This document shows, in pieces, positions 27,796 to 38,502 of a stretch of DNA of 64,000 nucleotides. Under the pieces are notes generated by a model. The model had not been told where the DNA came from and ran no database searches. It was given only the letters and a program-made list of their open reading frames with translations. The DNA comes from Chloroflexota bacterium (GTDB lineage Bacteria; Chloroflexota; Limnocylindria; P2-11E): positions 15,461 to 79,460 of the forward strand of contig VBDX01000133.1 of the NCBI GenBank assembly GCA_005881885.1. The letters run 5' to 3'. Position numbers and translations under genes: made by a program. How positions within the stretch are numbered: position 1 is the first letter of the stretch; every line of letters begins with the position of its first letter.

Positions 27796-28868
27796 CGGTC
27801 CTGGGCGCCGGCGGGTTCGTCGGCTCCCGGTTGCTCGAGAGGGCGGCGCACGCCGGTCGGACGGACATCGTGCCGGTGGTCCGCGCCGCGCGCAGCGTCG
27901 GCCGTACGGCGAACCTCGGGATCTCGCATCGGTTCGGCGATGCCTCTCGCGCCGAGACCCTCGAGCGCGCGCTGGCCGGCTGCGAGGCGGTGGTGAACCT
28001 CACCACCGGTGATCCCGCTGACATCCCGCGAACGACGGAGAACATCTACACCGCGGCGCTCGCCGCGGGGGCGCGGCTTCTCGTGCACCTGAGCTCGGCG
28101 TCGGTCTACGGCGCCGTCGAACAGCCGGATCTTCCCGATGACGCGCCACCCTGGCCCGGCCACTGGATGGCATACGCGCGGCAGAAGGGAGTGGCCGAGA
28201 ACTTCTTACGCGAGCGAATGGCCGAGCGCCGCCTGGCGATCGTGGTGCTGCGACCGGGCCTGGTGTGGGGCCCTGGTTCGCCGTGGGTCCTCGGACCCGC
28301 GACCGACCTGCTCCGCGGAGCCGCATTCCTCGCCGGCAGCGGCGGTGGCATCTGCAATCTGATGTACGTCGACGACCTCTTGCGCGGCATCGACGCCGTC
28401 GTCGCACATCGTGAGGCGCCTTCCGGGTTCTATCACGTCGGCGACAACGAAACGATCACTTGGGCCAAGTACTACGGCGCGCTCGCGGCGGGCCTGGGCG
28501 TGGATCCCGAAACGATCCGCGCGGTTCCCAGCGATCGTTACCGCACCGGTCTCCGGGACCGGGTCGATGAGCTCAAGGCCCTACCCATTTACAAGCGCGC
28601 GAGAGCTTGGCTGCCGGTCGAAGCGCGTGCTCAGATCAAACGTCGGCTCGCGCGAGTTCGCGGGCGCGAGCGCCCGATGTCGAGCGCGGCTGACAACGCA
28701 GTCGGGACCCGTGAGATCTGGCACCTGCAGACCACCCGCTACAGGCTGCCGACCACTAAGTTCCGCGCGACGTTCGGTGACCACAACATGGTCCCGTTCC
28801 CGGTCGGCATGGCCGCATCGCTGGCCTGGCTTCGATTCATCGGGATCGGGTTGGACGAGGCGGCCTAG
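27780..28868 (+). CDS. NAD-dependent epimerase/dehydratase (SDR family, sugar-nucleotide modifying)
   Basis: 'IAVLGAGGFVGSRL' Rossmann, YxxxK 'YARQK'. ATG at 27780 overlaps the upstream stop by 16 nt. Confidence 0.8.
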   Translation: MRGGIAVLGAGGFVGSRLLERAAHAGRTDIVPVVRAARSVGRTANLGISHRFGDASRAETLERALAGCEAVVNLTTGDPADIPRTTENIYTAALAAGARLLVHLSSASVYGAVEQPDLPDDAPPWPGHWMAYARQKGVAENFLRERMAERRLAIVVLRPGLVWGPGSPWVLGPATDLLRGAAFLAGSGGGICNLMYVDDLLRGIDAVVAHREAPSGFYHVGDNETITWAKYYGALAAGLGVDPETIRAVPSDRYRTGLRDRVDELKALPIYKRARAWLPVEARAQIKRRLARVRGRERPMSSAADNAVGTREIWHLQTTRYRLPTTKFRATFGDHNMVPFPVGMAASLAWLRFIGIGLDEAA

Positions 28869-28872
28869 AGCT

Positions 28873-30372
28873 GTGGCACCGCTGATCACGATCGTCCGCA
28901 ATTGGTCCGTGCTCGCCGGCGCCCAGGTCGTGTCGAGCCTGATCGCCATGGTCTTCCTGATCGTCGTCTCGCGGACGCTCGGAGAGATCGAGTTCGGCCG
29001 CCTGTATCTCGCGCTAACGCTGACCGCGATCGTCGGGGTCGTCGTCGACTTCGGCCTGAGCCAGGTGGTCACGCGCTCCGTCGCTCGTGATCGAGCGCTC
29101 GCGCGACCGTACTTCCGGCGTGCTGCCTTCATCGTGGGGACGCTGGGTGCCGGTCTCTACGTGCTATTGCTGGGGGCAGCGCTCGCTCTCGGCTACACCG
29201 CCGAGGTGTTGTCGCTCGTGCTGATCCTCGGATTGCTCATGGTCGTCGAGGCGTTCTCCCAGCTTCTCGGCGCGCTCTTCCAGGCGCATGAGCAGATGCT
29301 GATCCCCGCGATCGCGCGCGTTGGTGGTAACGTCATCACGCTCGCGCTCGTCGTCCCGCTGCTGTTCCTTGGACATGGCGCCGCGATGGTGGCGACGGTG
29401 ATCGTCGTTGCCGCGGCGGCGCGCGTCGGATTCCAGGCGATCGCCGCGCGCCGTCTCAGTGGATTCCGGTTGCCCGCCCCGGCGGCACCGTCGTGGCGAG
29501 CGATGCTCCGTGCGGGATTTCCCTTCCTGACCGCGAACGGCTTCGCGCTCTTCGTCGCTCGGGTGGACGTGCTGATCCTGGGTCAGCTCGCCGGTGCGGC
29601 GGCCGTGGGCTGGTACGGCGCCGCCTCGCGGCTTGTCGAGGCCTTCTACTTCCTTCCGGTGCTCCTCACGACGGCGACGTTTCCCGTGCTCTCGCGGCTG
29701 TGGTCAGAAGACCGGAACGAGTTCCACGCGACGGTGCGCAAGACCCTCGACCTGCTGATCGTGCTCATCGTTCCGCTATCGGTCACGTTCTTCATCCTCG
29801 CCGAGAGCATCGTCGGGTCGCTCTTCACACTTCAGTCGTATGCGCCCGCGGTGCCCCTTCTCCGGATCCAGGCGCTGTCGCTGGCCTTGATCTTTGTGGA
29901 TTACCTGCTCACCTGCATCCTGCTCGCGACCGGACGGGAGCGGACGTGGATCACGATCCTCGGCGCGGCGTGTCTTGTGAACCCGGCGGTGAACTTTGTC
30001 CTGATCCCCGCGACGAGCGCCGCCTACGCGAATGGCGCGATCGGCGCCGCGCTCGCGACGTTGCTGACGGAGATCTTCATCCTGATCTGCGCGCTGCGCG
30101 TCGTTGCCGCGGGGACATTCGATGCCGGATCGGTCCGCGTCGCGGTACGCGCCGCGGTGCTGGGTGGGATCCTGGCGACGGCTCTGCTCGCCAGCCGCCC
30201 GCTGGGGATCCCCTGGATGTTGGCGGCCGCGGTCGGCGGCGCGGGCTACCTCGCCGCAGTGGTCCGGCTGGGCTTGCTGCCGCCGGACATCAAGGCCTGG
30301 GTCGGAGGTTTGCTGCGCCGGAGGCGACCGCTCGCGCTATCGACAGTGACCACGGAGCTCGACGCCGCCTGA
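28873..30372 (+). CDS. Polysaccharide/oligosaccharide flippase (Wzx-like, MOP superfamily)
   Basis: ~12 TM segments throughout. GTG start proposed just after the epimerase stop; the track ORF (28411) overlaps the epimerase. Confidence 0.75.
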   Translation: MAPLITIVRNWSVLAGAQVVSSLIAMVFLIVVSRTLGEIEFGRLYLALTLTAIVGVVVDFGLSQVVTRSVARDRALARPYFRRAAFIVGTLGAGLYVLLLGAALALGYTAEVLSLVLILGLLMVVEAFSQLLGALFQAHEQMLIPAIARVGGNVITLALVVPLLFLGHGAAMVATVIVVAAAARVGFQAIAARRLSGFRLPAPAAPSWRAMLRAGFPFLTANGFALFVARVDVLILGQLAGAAAVGWYGAASRLVEAFYFLPVLLTTATFPVLSRLWSEDRNEFHATVRKTLDLLIVLIVPLSVTFFILAESIVGSLFTLQSYAPAVPLLRIQALSLALIFVDYLLTCILLATGRERTWITILGAACLVNPAVNFVLIPATSAAYANGAIGAALATLLTEIFILICALRVVAAGTFDAGSVRVAVRAAVLGGILATALLASRPLGIPWMLAAAVGGAGYLAAVVRLGLLPPDIKAWVGGLLRRRRPLALSTVTTELDAA

Positions 30373-30389
30373 CCCGCGGCTCGCGCTCT

Positions 30390-31106
30390 CTACATCGCGG
30401 CTTCGAGTGTCTCCCAGACCTTGCGCTGGATCTCCTGGGTGGCCGGCCAGCGGTCGTCGGCCCGCGGGGTCGCGATGCCGTTCTGGTGGATGAAGACGAA
30501 CGCGACCTGCTGGAGCATGGCGAGGGCTTCGTTCCGGGCCTCGTGGTCCTTCCACTCGAGAACGCGTGCTCGCGCACGCGTGAGTCGCTGATGGATGCGG
30601 TCGATCACGACGTAGCTGCCGCCACCCGGCCAATGCTGGCCGCGCACGTCAATCCCGTTCACGAACAGGACACTGAGCAGGGACGCCTCGGTGAAGTCGT
30701 TGCCCGTGAAGGCGTTCGTGGTGCGGACCGGGTCAATACGCTCGGCGGCGTGGCCCCACGGCTTGCCGTGGAAGGTGATGTTCCGGAAGGTGCCGGTGAA
30801 GCGGCACTCCACGAACTCGGCACACGCCGACATCCAGCCGTCGATGTTTGCGCCGGCGAAGCTGCACCGTTCGAATCGCGCCTGGCCGGGGCGGACGCCG
30901 CGCAGGTCGGCGCCGTCGAATCGGCACTCACGGAACACGCTCTGCCGGCGGCTCGCGAAGAGCGTCTGCAAACGCTCGTCGAACGACTCGCCGCGGAAAT
31001 CGCAACGCTCGAAGACGCAACCGTTCGGCGCGAATCGCTCGAACGCGGCGCGACTGAAGTCCGCGTCGCGGATGGTGACTCGATCCAGCGCGAGAACGCC
31101 CTGCAC
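30390..31106 (-). CDS. Pentapeptide-repeat protein with a unique C-terminal half
   Basis: N-terminal ~130 aa of A(D/N)LxG-like quintets (ADLRG, ANIDG, CDFRG...). Lies immediately downstream of the bactofilin gene. Confidence 0.5.
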   Translation of the reverse strand: MQGVLALDRVTIRDADFSRAAFERFAPNGCVFERCDFRGESFDERLQTLFASRRQSVFRECRFDGADLRGVRPGQARFERCSFAGANIDGWMSACAEFVECRFTGTFRNITFHGKPWGHAAERIDPVRTTNAFTGNDFTEASLLSVLFVNGIDVRGQHWPGGGSYVVIDRIHQRLTRARARVLEWKDHEARNEALAMLQQVAFVFIHQNGIATPRADDRWPATQEIQRKVWETLEAAM

Positions 31107-31129
31107 GCCTTAGCTCCTTAAGTCGCGCG

Positions 31130-31504
31130 CTAGTCCTCTTCCGACGCAGCCCGCAGGTTCACGACGTTCGATGCTTCGAGGTTCTCCATCTTGGAACGGC
31201 CTTCGAAGATGACGCCCTTCTCGACCATGAAAGATGGAGTCGTGATGTCGCCGCGCACCTTCGCCGGCCGATGGAGCTCGACGGCGCCCGTCGCCTTGAT
31301 GTTGCCGACGACCTCTCCCTCGACGATGACGGTGCCGCAGCTGATCTCCGCCGAGACCTTGGCGCCTTCGCCGATGTGCAACGTGTCGTTCGTCGAAATT
31401 TCGCCGGTGAAGTTGCCGTCGATCCGGACCTTGCCCTCAAAGGCAAGCTTGCCCTCGAACTCCGACCCGCGCCCCAGCGACGCATTGAGCTCGCTACCAG
31501 TCAT
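31130..31504 (-). CDS. Bactofilin (polymer-forming cytoskeletal protein, DUF583)
   Basis: 'GKVRIDGNFTGEISTNDTLHIGEGAKVSAEISCGTVIVEGEVVGNIKATGAVELHRPAKVRGDITTPSFMVEKG' beta-helical bactofilin repeats. ATG at 31504 (GGGAGG 7 nt upstream); alternative ATG at 31528. Confidence 0.75.
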   Translation of the reverse strand: MTGSELNASLGRGSEFEGKLAFEGKVRIDGNFTGEISTNDTLHIGEGAKVSAEISCGTVIVEGEVVGNIKATGAVELHRPAKVRGDITTPSFMVEKGVIFEGRSKMENLEASNVVNLRAASEED

Positions 31505-31955
31505 GTAGGCCTCCCGCTGTTGCTGCATGTCTCTTCTTTCCTCCGCTTCTTCAGCCCGCGGCGGCGCGGGGGTGTCTGCCTGCTGGTGCTGGGGCACCTG
31601 CCACGCCGGCTGACGATCCTCGGCTTTGCCGCTTCCTCGCTTGAACGTGGATCGGAACACTACGCTCTCAACGCGACAAGTTCGAGAACGTTGTCGTCGC
31701 AATCCGGTCTGTAACTCTCGCCGATCCGGGCCCCACTCGCGACAAAACCGCGGGACTTCGAAGCTTGGTCGCGCCATCCGCTGGTCCGCATCGGCGGGCG
31801 TCGGCTGCCTTCTCGTACCTCGCCCCTCGAGTGCGTTCATCGTCGGTGGCGGGCGCACCTGCGCACGGGTCGCGTCTCTTGCGGGGCGCGCGGACCGCGG
31901 GCCCGGATGCGATCCGCCCGAAACGGCCGGTCGCTGAATTGGCGCCGTTACGGTC

Positions 31956-34900
31956 ATGGCCCGAAGGTCGTCAGCGGTCCTAGGACGGCCCCCTGTACCA
32001 GTTCGCCCCTCTACACAGAACAGCGCAGGACTAATCCTCCAGGTTGTGTACGAGGTTAGGGAGGGCGGATCCCACTGGGTCCGCGGATTCGCCGGAGCGC
32101 TTGTCGTCGTCATCGCGGCGCTTGGGTTCGTCGTGTGGTCCCCGATGCCCACGCCCCTCACCGAGTTCGGGTTCCACGCCTCGCTTGTCGATCAAGGCCC
32201 GTCACCGGCGCTCGCGCCCGGCGCGGCGACCACCTATTCGATGCAGTTCCGCAATACCGGCCTCGTCGCGTGGCAACGCGGGACCGAGAAACAGGTGACG
32301 CTAGGCGTCAGCGGTGACGCGCGTAGTTACGCCGACTCGGGCATGGCGGTCGACTGGCTCTCGCCCGCTCGGATCGCGACCACGTCGGAAGGGCTCGTGC
32401 TTCCCGGGATGATCGGAACGTTCACCTTCAACGTGCGCGCACCGATGACACCGGGTACCTATCGCGTGCCGGTCCGACTGGTCGTAGACGGATTAGCTTG
32501 GCTCGACCACGAGCCGGTGGCCCTCTCGATCACCAGCGACCTCGGATTCCATAGCCGGTTTCTCGATCAATCGGCGCACGTCATCCTCAAACCCGGGGAG
32601 ATGAGCGCTCCTTTGATGCTGCACATCCGAAACACCGGGGCGAAGACCTGGAGCCGCGGCGTCCCCGGGCAGCAGGCGAACCTCGGACTGACCGGCGATG
32701 ATCGAGCGCTCAGCGCGCTCGGGGTTGGTTGGCCCTCACCGGATCGCGTGGCCATCCAGAGCGAGCCGAGCGTGGGGCCGGGCGCCGTGGCGACCTTCAC
32801 CTTCCGTGTCCGGGGTCCATATGTCCCGGGCACCTATGCCCTGCGCCTGCGGCCCGTCGTCGACGGCCTCACGTGGCTCGAGGACGAGGGGATCGTGAGT
32901 CTCATCACGGTCCTCGATCCCTCCGGCGCGGCGGCCACGCCGGTGCCTGGCGAGGCCTTCAAGAACGTCCAGCCGACCGGCTTCGCGTTCGACGCATCCG
33001 TCGATCCGAGTAGCGTCGCGCCGGGCAAGTCGGTGAACATCAGCGCGACCGTCGCGACCGGATCGACCGGAAACGCCCTGATCGGCGTCGAGGTCTACTC
33101 TCCGAGCGGCACCACGCTGGCCTTCCAGAAGTGGTTCCACAACGAGAACTTCATCGCCGGGCAGGCCAAGTCCTACAGCGTGAGCTGGGATGTCCCGTTC
33201 GGCACCGCCTCTGGGACGTACACCGTAACCGTCAGCGCCTACGCCGATGCCTGGAAGACGCGGTACGCCGCGAAGGCGTCGGCCGCCAAGTTCGCCGTCG
33301 CCGCGCCGCTCGTCACTCCGCCTTCGCCCGCGCCCACCGGAACGGCGGCCCCGACGGCCACCGCGCCCCTTGGCTCGACCGCGCCGAGTGCGACGCCGAC
33401 GGCGGCGCCCACCGTCGCGCCAACCGCGACCCCAGCCCCGACCGCGAGCCCGTCCGCCAGCTTCGCGTCGACGGCATCGCTCAGCCTGACGAGCGTCCTC
33501 GCCGGCGGATCGGTCGGCCTGACCGACAACGTCACCAGCGCCACGGCCACGAGTGCGCTCGTCGACATCGAGCTCTGGGCAGCGGCCGCCGCGAGCCCCG
33601 TTTATCAGGTGTGGTTTGACAACCAGACCTTCGCTGCCGGCCAACAGCGCTCGTATCCTGCGACCTGGCAGGTCCCCGCCAACGCCGCCGTGGGGACTTA
33701 CACCGTGAAGCTCGGCGTCTACGCGCCGCAGTGGGCTTCGCTCTACGGGATGACCGACGGCGGCACGTTCACGGTCGCCGCGGCCGCCCCCGCGCCGTCA
33801 CCGGCGCCGACGGCGGCGCCCACGCCCGTGCCGACGGCTGCGCCTACGCCCGTGGCGACGCCGGCCCCCACGGCTGCGCCGACACCGGTCCCGACCGCCG
33901 TTCCGACCCCCGTGCCGACAGTCGTTCCGACACCAGTCCCGACCCCGGTCCCGACCGCGGCGCCGACCCCGACGCCGGTTCCCACGGCCGCGCCGTCGCC
34001 GAGCTTCACGTCGACCTCCGCGCTCGTCCCGACGAGCGTCGCGCTCGGCGGCTCGATCACGATCACGTCGAAGGTCACGAGCGCAACCGCGGTCACGGGG
34101 ATCGTCAACATCGAGGTGTACGCGCCCGGCGCTCCGACAGGCTCGTACCAGGTCTGGTACGACAACCAGTCCTTCGCGGCGGGCCAGCAGCGTACCTACA
34201 CCTCGACGTGGGCCGTGCCTCTCACCGGAGCGACCGGAACGTACAAGGTCGCCATCGGGGTGTACTCGCTGGGCTGGACGACGCTGTATACGCTGTCCGA
34301 TCCCGCCGGGACGTTCACCGTCACGTCGGCCGCGCCGACACCCGTTCCGACCGTCGCGCCGACGCCTGTGCCGACCCCCGCGCCGACGAGCGTGCCGACT
34401 CCGACCCCCGCGCCGACCGCGACGCCGGCTCCGGGCGCGCTCTCGCCGTTGCACGTGCAGGGCAACAAGCTGGTCAACGCGTCCGGTCAAACAGTCGTGC
34501 TTCACGGCGTGAACCACTCCGGCACCGAGTACGCCTGCGTCCAGGGCTGGGGCATGGGCGACGGGCCGACGTACGACCAGTCGGTGGTCACGGCGATCAA
34601 GAGCTGGCGGACGAACGCGGTGCGCGTGCCGCTCAATGAGGATTGCTGGCTCGCGATCAACGGCGTCCCGGCCGCGTATTCCGGCGCGACCTACCAGCAG
34701 TTCATCAAGAACTGGGTGACCCTGCTCAATAACAACGGCATCTACGCGATCCTCGAGCTCAAGTGGACCGCGCCCGGAGGCACCCCTGCGACGGGCCAGG
34801 TGCCGATGCCCGATATCGATCACTCGCCAACCTTCTGGTCACAGGTCGCAAACGCCTACAAGGGGAACAACGCCGTCATCTTCGAGCTCTTCAACGAGCC

Positions 34901-35423
34901 GTTCCCCGACAACCAGCAGAACAGCACCGCGGCGTGGACATGCTGGCGCGACGGCGGCACGTGCTCGGGCGTCTCATTCCAGGCGGCCGGCATGCAGAGC
35001 CTCGTGAATGCCGTGCGCGGCACCGGAGCGACGAACGTTGTCGCGCTCGGTGGCGTCTCCTACGCCAATGCGCTCTATCAATGGTTGGCCTACAAGCCGA
35101 ACGACCCGCTCAACAACATGGCCGCGGTGTGGCACGTCTACAACTTCAACATCTGCAACACCGTCAGCTGCTACAACGCGAACGCCGGACCGGTCCTCGC
35201 ACAGGTCCCGGTGATCGTGACGGAGACCGGCGCCGACACGTGCGACGCGACGTGGTGGAACACCTACCTGAGCTGGCTCGACACCAGCGGCGTGAGCTAC
35301 CTCGCCTGGGTCTGGAACACCTGGGGTGCTTCGTGCACGACGCTCTCATTGATCAACGACTACGCAGGCACGCCTACGCAGATGGGGCAGATCTACAAGA
35401 CCCACCTCGGCGGGCTTCCCTAA
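31956..35423 (+). CDS. Large membrane-anchored/secreted multidomain glycoside hydrolase: N-terminal TM, 2 + 3 tandem beta-sandwich repeats separated by Pro/Thr/Ala linkers, C-terminal GH5 (cellulase-family) catalytic domain
   Basis: GH5 signature '[11 protein letters not shown]' (acid/base) and 'VIVTETGAD' (nucleophile). Repeats ending 'GTYTVTVS', '[10 protein letters not shown]' and '[10 protein letters not shown]', separated by (TP/AP)n linkers. Confidence 0.8.
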   Translation: MARRSSAVLGRPPVPVRPSTQNSAGLILQVVYEVREGGSHWVRGFAGALVVVIAALGFVVWSPMPTPLTEFGFHASLVDQGPSPALAPGAATTYSMQFRNTGLVAWQRGTEKQVTLGVSGDARSYADSGMAVDWLSPARIATTSEGLVLPGMIGTFTFNVRAPMTPGTYRVPVRLVVDGLAWLDHEPVALSITSDLGFHSRFLDQSAHVILKPGEMSAPLMLHIRNTGAKTWSRGVPGQQANLGLTGDDRALSALGVGWPSPDRVAIQSEPSVGPGAVATFTFRVRGPYVPGTYALRLRPVVDGLTWLEDEGIVSLITVLDPSGAAATPVPGEAFKNVQPTGFAFDASVDPSSVAPGKSVNISATVATGSTGNALIGVEVYSPSGTTLAFQKWFHNENFIAGQAKSYSVSWDVPFGTASGTYTVTVSAYADAWKTRYAAKASAAKFAVAAPLVTPPSPAPTGTAAPTATAPLGSTAPSATPTAAPTVAPTATPAPTASPSASFASTASLSLTSVLAGGSVGLTDNVTSATATSALVDIELWAAAAASPVYQVWFDNQTFAAGQQRSYPATWQVPANAAVGTYTVKLGVYAPQWASLYGMTDGGTFTVAAAAPAPSPAPTAAPTPVPTAAPTPVATPAPTAAPTPVPTAVPTPVPTVVPTPVPTPVPTAAPTPTPVPTAAPSPSFTSTSALVPTSVALGGSITITSKVTSATAVTGIVNIEVYAPGAPTGSYQVWYDNQSFAAGQQRTYTSTWAVPLTGATGTYKVAIGVYSLGWTTLYTLSDPAGTFTVTSAAPTPVPTVAPTPVPTPAPTSVPTPTPAPTATPAPGALSPLHVQGNKLVNASGQTVVLHGVNHSGTEYACVQGWGMGDGPTYDQSVVTAIKSWRTNAVRVPLNEDCWLAINGVPAAYSGATYQQFIKNWVTLLNNNGIYAILELKWTAPGGTPATGQVPMPDIDHSPTFWSQVANAYKGNNAVIFELFNEPFPDNQQNSTAAWTCWRDGGTCSGVSFQAAGMQSLVNAVRGTGATNVVALGGVSYANALYQWLAYKPNDPLNNMAAVWHVYNFNICNTVSCYNANAGPVLAQVPVIVTETGADTCDATWWNTYLSWLDTSGVSYLAWVWNTWGASCTTLSLINDYAGTPTQMGQIYKTHLGGLP

Positions 35424-36685
35424 ACAGCCGCCTCGACCGGCGCGTCGGCCCAACGATGGGCTGAGCCAAGAAGCGACCTGACCACGCGCTGGGCCACGCC
35501 CAGACCGTGGTTCTGCTCGAGGTAGGCGTACCCGGCGCCGCGGAGGTTCGCCTGCAGCTCGGTGGACATCGCGACCTTCGCGAATCGGACGGCGAAAGCC
35601 CGCGGGTCGGATTCGACGAACACCTCTCGTCCGGGTTCGACCGCGAGACCCCGCGCCCCATCGGGCGTCGTCACCACGGGCACCCCATTGCGAAAGGCCT
35701 CGAGCAGCTTCATGCGCACGCCGGAACCGCCCAGCACCGGCGCGACCATCAGAGCGGACCGCTCGTACAGGGGCCCGAGCTCGGGAACTAACCCGAGGAC
35801 CGTTATCCCGGGCGCGCGCCACGCCGAGGGGACCAGCGGCGCGGCGCGCGAGCCATCCTCCAACCCCGAGCCCGCGATCTCCAGCGTCGCGGTCGGAAGC
35901 AGATCACGCACATGCGGCCACACCTGCCCGCAGAACCAGTCCAGCCCGCGCACGTTCGGATGCCAGGTAAGCGTTCCGACATAGCAGGCCCGCGGCGCGG
36001 CGCGCGTCTCGTTACGGCGTTCGAACGAGACGACCTGCGGTACCACGCGGGCTTCGACGCCCGCCAGTTCGCGATAGGCGCGCGCGTCGTCCGCGGAGAT
36101 CGCGCCGACGGCATCCACCTCACGGAGCACGTCGATCTCGAAGCGACGCGCGCGACGCCACTCGGCCTCGGCGACCGCGCGGCGGACACCACGCTGCCGT
36201 CGCGCGAACTGCGCCCAGATGTCGCTCTCCACGTTGTGCTGGTCGAGGACGATTCGCGCGCGCGGCTGGAGACGCCGGACCAGCGGCAGGTAGCGCGCGG
36301 TGCCGAGGGCGCCGAGCCACACTACGTCGAAGGGCTGACCGCGTAGCTCTCGCTCGATTGCGCTCCGCACCAGCGGCGACTCCCACTTCCCGGAGAGGTA
36401 CGGAACCCCGTGCACGATCCGTAGCCACGCGACGCGGGGAACGTAGCGGGGATGTTGAAAGAGATGGATCGGATGGAAGATCGGGTCGAGCACATCGACC
36501 TTCGGCATCTCGCGCGCGAGCCCGGCGCGAGCCGTGAAGGACGCCCGATCTTCGCTGAGCCAGAAGACCCGGATGCGTTCGACCTCAGGAAGCGACGAGA
36601 GCACTGCCAGCTGCGAGAGGACGCGAACCTGCCCCCCGCGAAGCGCCGGCCAGCCGAAATCAGGCGCCAGATAGAGAAGGCGCAT
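35420..36685 (-). CDS. Glycosyltransferase family 4
   Basis: GT-B fold with C-terminal '[20 protein letters not shown]' (EX7E-like region). ATG at 36685 ([13 protein letters not shown]). Confidence 0.75.
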   Translation of the reverse strand: MRLLYLAPDFGWPALRGGQVRVLSQLAVLSSLPEVERIRVFWLSEDRASFTARAGLAREMPKVDVLDPIFHPIHLFQHPRYVPRVAWLRIVHGVPYLSGKWESPLVRSAIERELRGQPFDVVWLGALGTARYLPLVRRLQPRARIVLDQHNVESDIWAQFARRQRGVRRAVAEAEWRRARRFEIDVLREVDAVGAISADDARAYRELAGVEARVVPQVVSFERRNETRAAPRACYVGTLTWHPNVRGLDWFCGQVWPHVRDLLPTATLEIAGSGLEDGSRAAPLVPSAWRAPGITVLGLVPELGPLYERSALMVAPVLGGSGVRMKLLEAFRNGVPVVTTPDGARGLAVEPGREVFVESDPRAFAVRFAKVAMSTELQANLRGAGYAYLEQNHGLGVAQRVVRSLLGSAHRWADAPVEAAV

Positions 36686-36695
36686 TTGGTCCGTA

Positions 36696-36744
36696 GTTGA
36701 TGAACGACCCGCGGCATTGAGGGCCGGTATCGGGCCTGATTGAG
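36696..36744 (+). promoter_or_regulatory. Variant direct-repeat element (GTTGATG-N13-ATTGAGGGCC-N12-ATTGAGGGCC; 20/22-bp spacing) in the GT4/GT-C divergent intergenic region
   Basis: Same ATTGAG heptamer as the other five sites, at double helical spacing. Confidence 0.4.
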
Positions 36745-36870
36745 GGCCCGCCCGCCGCATGCCAGGCCGCGGGAGCCGTCTCCAGCAGAGCGCCCGCTTG
36801 GCCCGAAACGGCCTCAATGGGCCGGTCTAAGCCGCTTCAACCGCCGGAGTCCAACTTCGACTCTGCTCAC

Positions 36871-38487
36871 ATGCCCGATCTCTCCGTGGGCCTCGCGCCC
36901 CGACGGGCGGCGGCGGCCGCCTGGCCCCGCCCGGCGTGGCCACGCGCCCTCCGGGCGGCCGGACAGGTGGACGGCGCGGTGGCTCTGGGCCTCGCCGCGG
37001 TGGCGCTCGGGCTCGACCTCTTCAGGCTTCCCGGCCTGAGCCTTTGGGGAGATGAGCTCTTCTCGGTCCAGCTGGCGAGCCGGCCGTGGCCGGTCTTCTG
37101 GGAATTCCTCTCGCGGTACGAGCCGAACATGGCGCTCTACTACGTAGTGCTGCGGGGCTGGCTGGGGCTCACGAGTCTCCTCGGCATCGTTCCCGACGAG
37201 CTCGTCGTACGCGTGCCCTCGATCTTTTTCGCTGTCCTCAGCGTGATCGTCGTTTTCTGGATCGGGCGGCGGTTCTTCGGACGGACCGTCGGGATCGTGG
37301 GAGCGCTCCTGTACGCGCTCAATCTCATTCAGTTGACAGCGGCGCGCGAGGCGCGTTCCTACGGTCTCGAGATGTTCCTCTTGTGCCTAGGCTGGTACGC
37401 GTTCTTGCTGATCGTGACGCGGGACCGCCCTGGGCCGCGCGTGTACCTCGGATATATCGTCGCGATGGCGCTCGCCATCTATGCACACCTCTTCAGCACG
37501 CTGGTGCTCGCGTCGCAGGTGATCACATTCGCGGCCCTGCTCAGCCTCGACGGCGACTCGCGAGTGCGTCTGCGTCGCTCGGCCGGCGCGTTCGCGCGGA
37601 GTGTGGCGGCGATCGGCGTCGCCGTGATCCCGATGGGTGCCTACTTCTTCCGTCACGGATCGACGAACGCGTGGCTGCCGCCGGCGGACGCCACGGGTCT
37701 TGTTCGGTTGCTCTGGAATGTCGCCGGCCACCAGGTCATCTATGGCGTTCTTCTCGGGGTCGCGGTGCTCGCCGTTGTCGTTCTGGCCATCCGCGCGAGA
37801 GGTCACCGGGCGAAGGCCGCGCACGCCTGGCCGCGACTTGGGCCTTTGATCGCGCTCGGAGCCTGGGTCTGTGTCCCTGTCGCGCTGAGCTACGCCGCGA
37901 GCCAACCGCGGCTGAACCTGCACCTCTTCTCTTGGGGCTATCTCATCGTTGTGGTCCCTGCGCTCTGCTTGCTCGCCGGCATCAGCATCGCGGCCATCCG
38001 GCGGCCTCTTGCGCGACGTGCCGTCGCGACCAGTCTGGTTGCTGCCGCGGCACTGGCGATGCCGATCCTCACCTCTGCGCCGCAACAGGATTTCCGTACG
38101 GCCGCGCGCTGGGTCGAGGAGCGCTACCTGCCCGGCGACGGGCTCGTCGCCACGTCCTGGTCGTCCTCGCTCGCGATGGACTACTACGTGCGGATCGACG
38201 GCGCTCCAAACGAGCTGCTCGCGGCGTCACCGGCGCCCTGGTCCTGGACCGCAGGCGGGGACCAGCGGCTCGAGCAGCGCGCTATCGCCGAGTACACGGT
38301 CGCTCGCCACCGCATCTTCCTCGTGGACTCGCCGCTCGAGGGCGACTCGCCCGACGTAAAAGCGCGGTCGTGGATGGCGCGGACTTGGTTCGACTCCCGG
38401 TACGCGCTGGTCAGCGAAATCGCGCTACCGTCGGCGCTCGGGCAGGTCCGCGTGCGCCTGTATGACGTCGAGGAATTGCTGGACTAG
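36871..38487 (+). CDS. Integral-membrane GT-C-fold glycosyltransferase (ArnT/PMT-like, GT39/GT83-type)
   Basis: ~13 predicted TM helices, N-terminal periplasmic-loop 'LWGDELFS' acidic motif. Start 36817 (track) or ATG 36871. Confidence 0.6.
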   Translation: MPDLSVGLAPRRAAAAAWPRPAWPRALRAAGQVDGAVALGLAAVALGLDLFRLPGLSLWGDELFSVQLASRPWPVFWEFLSRYEPNMALYYVVLRGWLGLTSLLGIVPDELVVRVPSIFFAVLSVIVVFWIGRRFFGRTVGIVGALLYALNLIQLTAAREARSYGLEMFLLCLGWYAFLLIVTRDRPGPRVYLGYIVAMALAIYAHLFSTLVLASQVITFAALLSLDGDSRVRLRRSAGAFARSVAAIGVAVIPMGAYFFRHGSTNAWLPPADATGLVRLLWNVAGHQVIYGVLLGVAVLAVVVLAIRARGHRAKAAHAWPRLGPLIALGAWVCVPVALSYAASQPRLNLHLFSWGYLIVVVPALCLLAGISIAAIRRPLARRAVATSLVAAAALAMPILTSAPQQDFRTAARWVEERYLPGDGLVATSWSSSLAMDYYVRIDGAPNELLAASPAPWSWTAGGDQRLEQRAIAEYTVARHRIFLVDSPLEGDSPDVKARSWMARTWFDSRYALVSEIALPSALGQVRVRLYDVEELLD

Positions 38488-38502
38488 CGGTCCGGCCCGG
38501 GC

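Noticed and set aside
31529-31955. Possible small gene in the 430-nt gap upstream of the bactofilin
   Set aside because: Only a 103-aa plus-strand ORF with no start context or coding-like composition. Kept as a non-coding region of interest instead.
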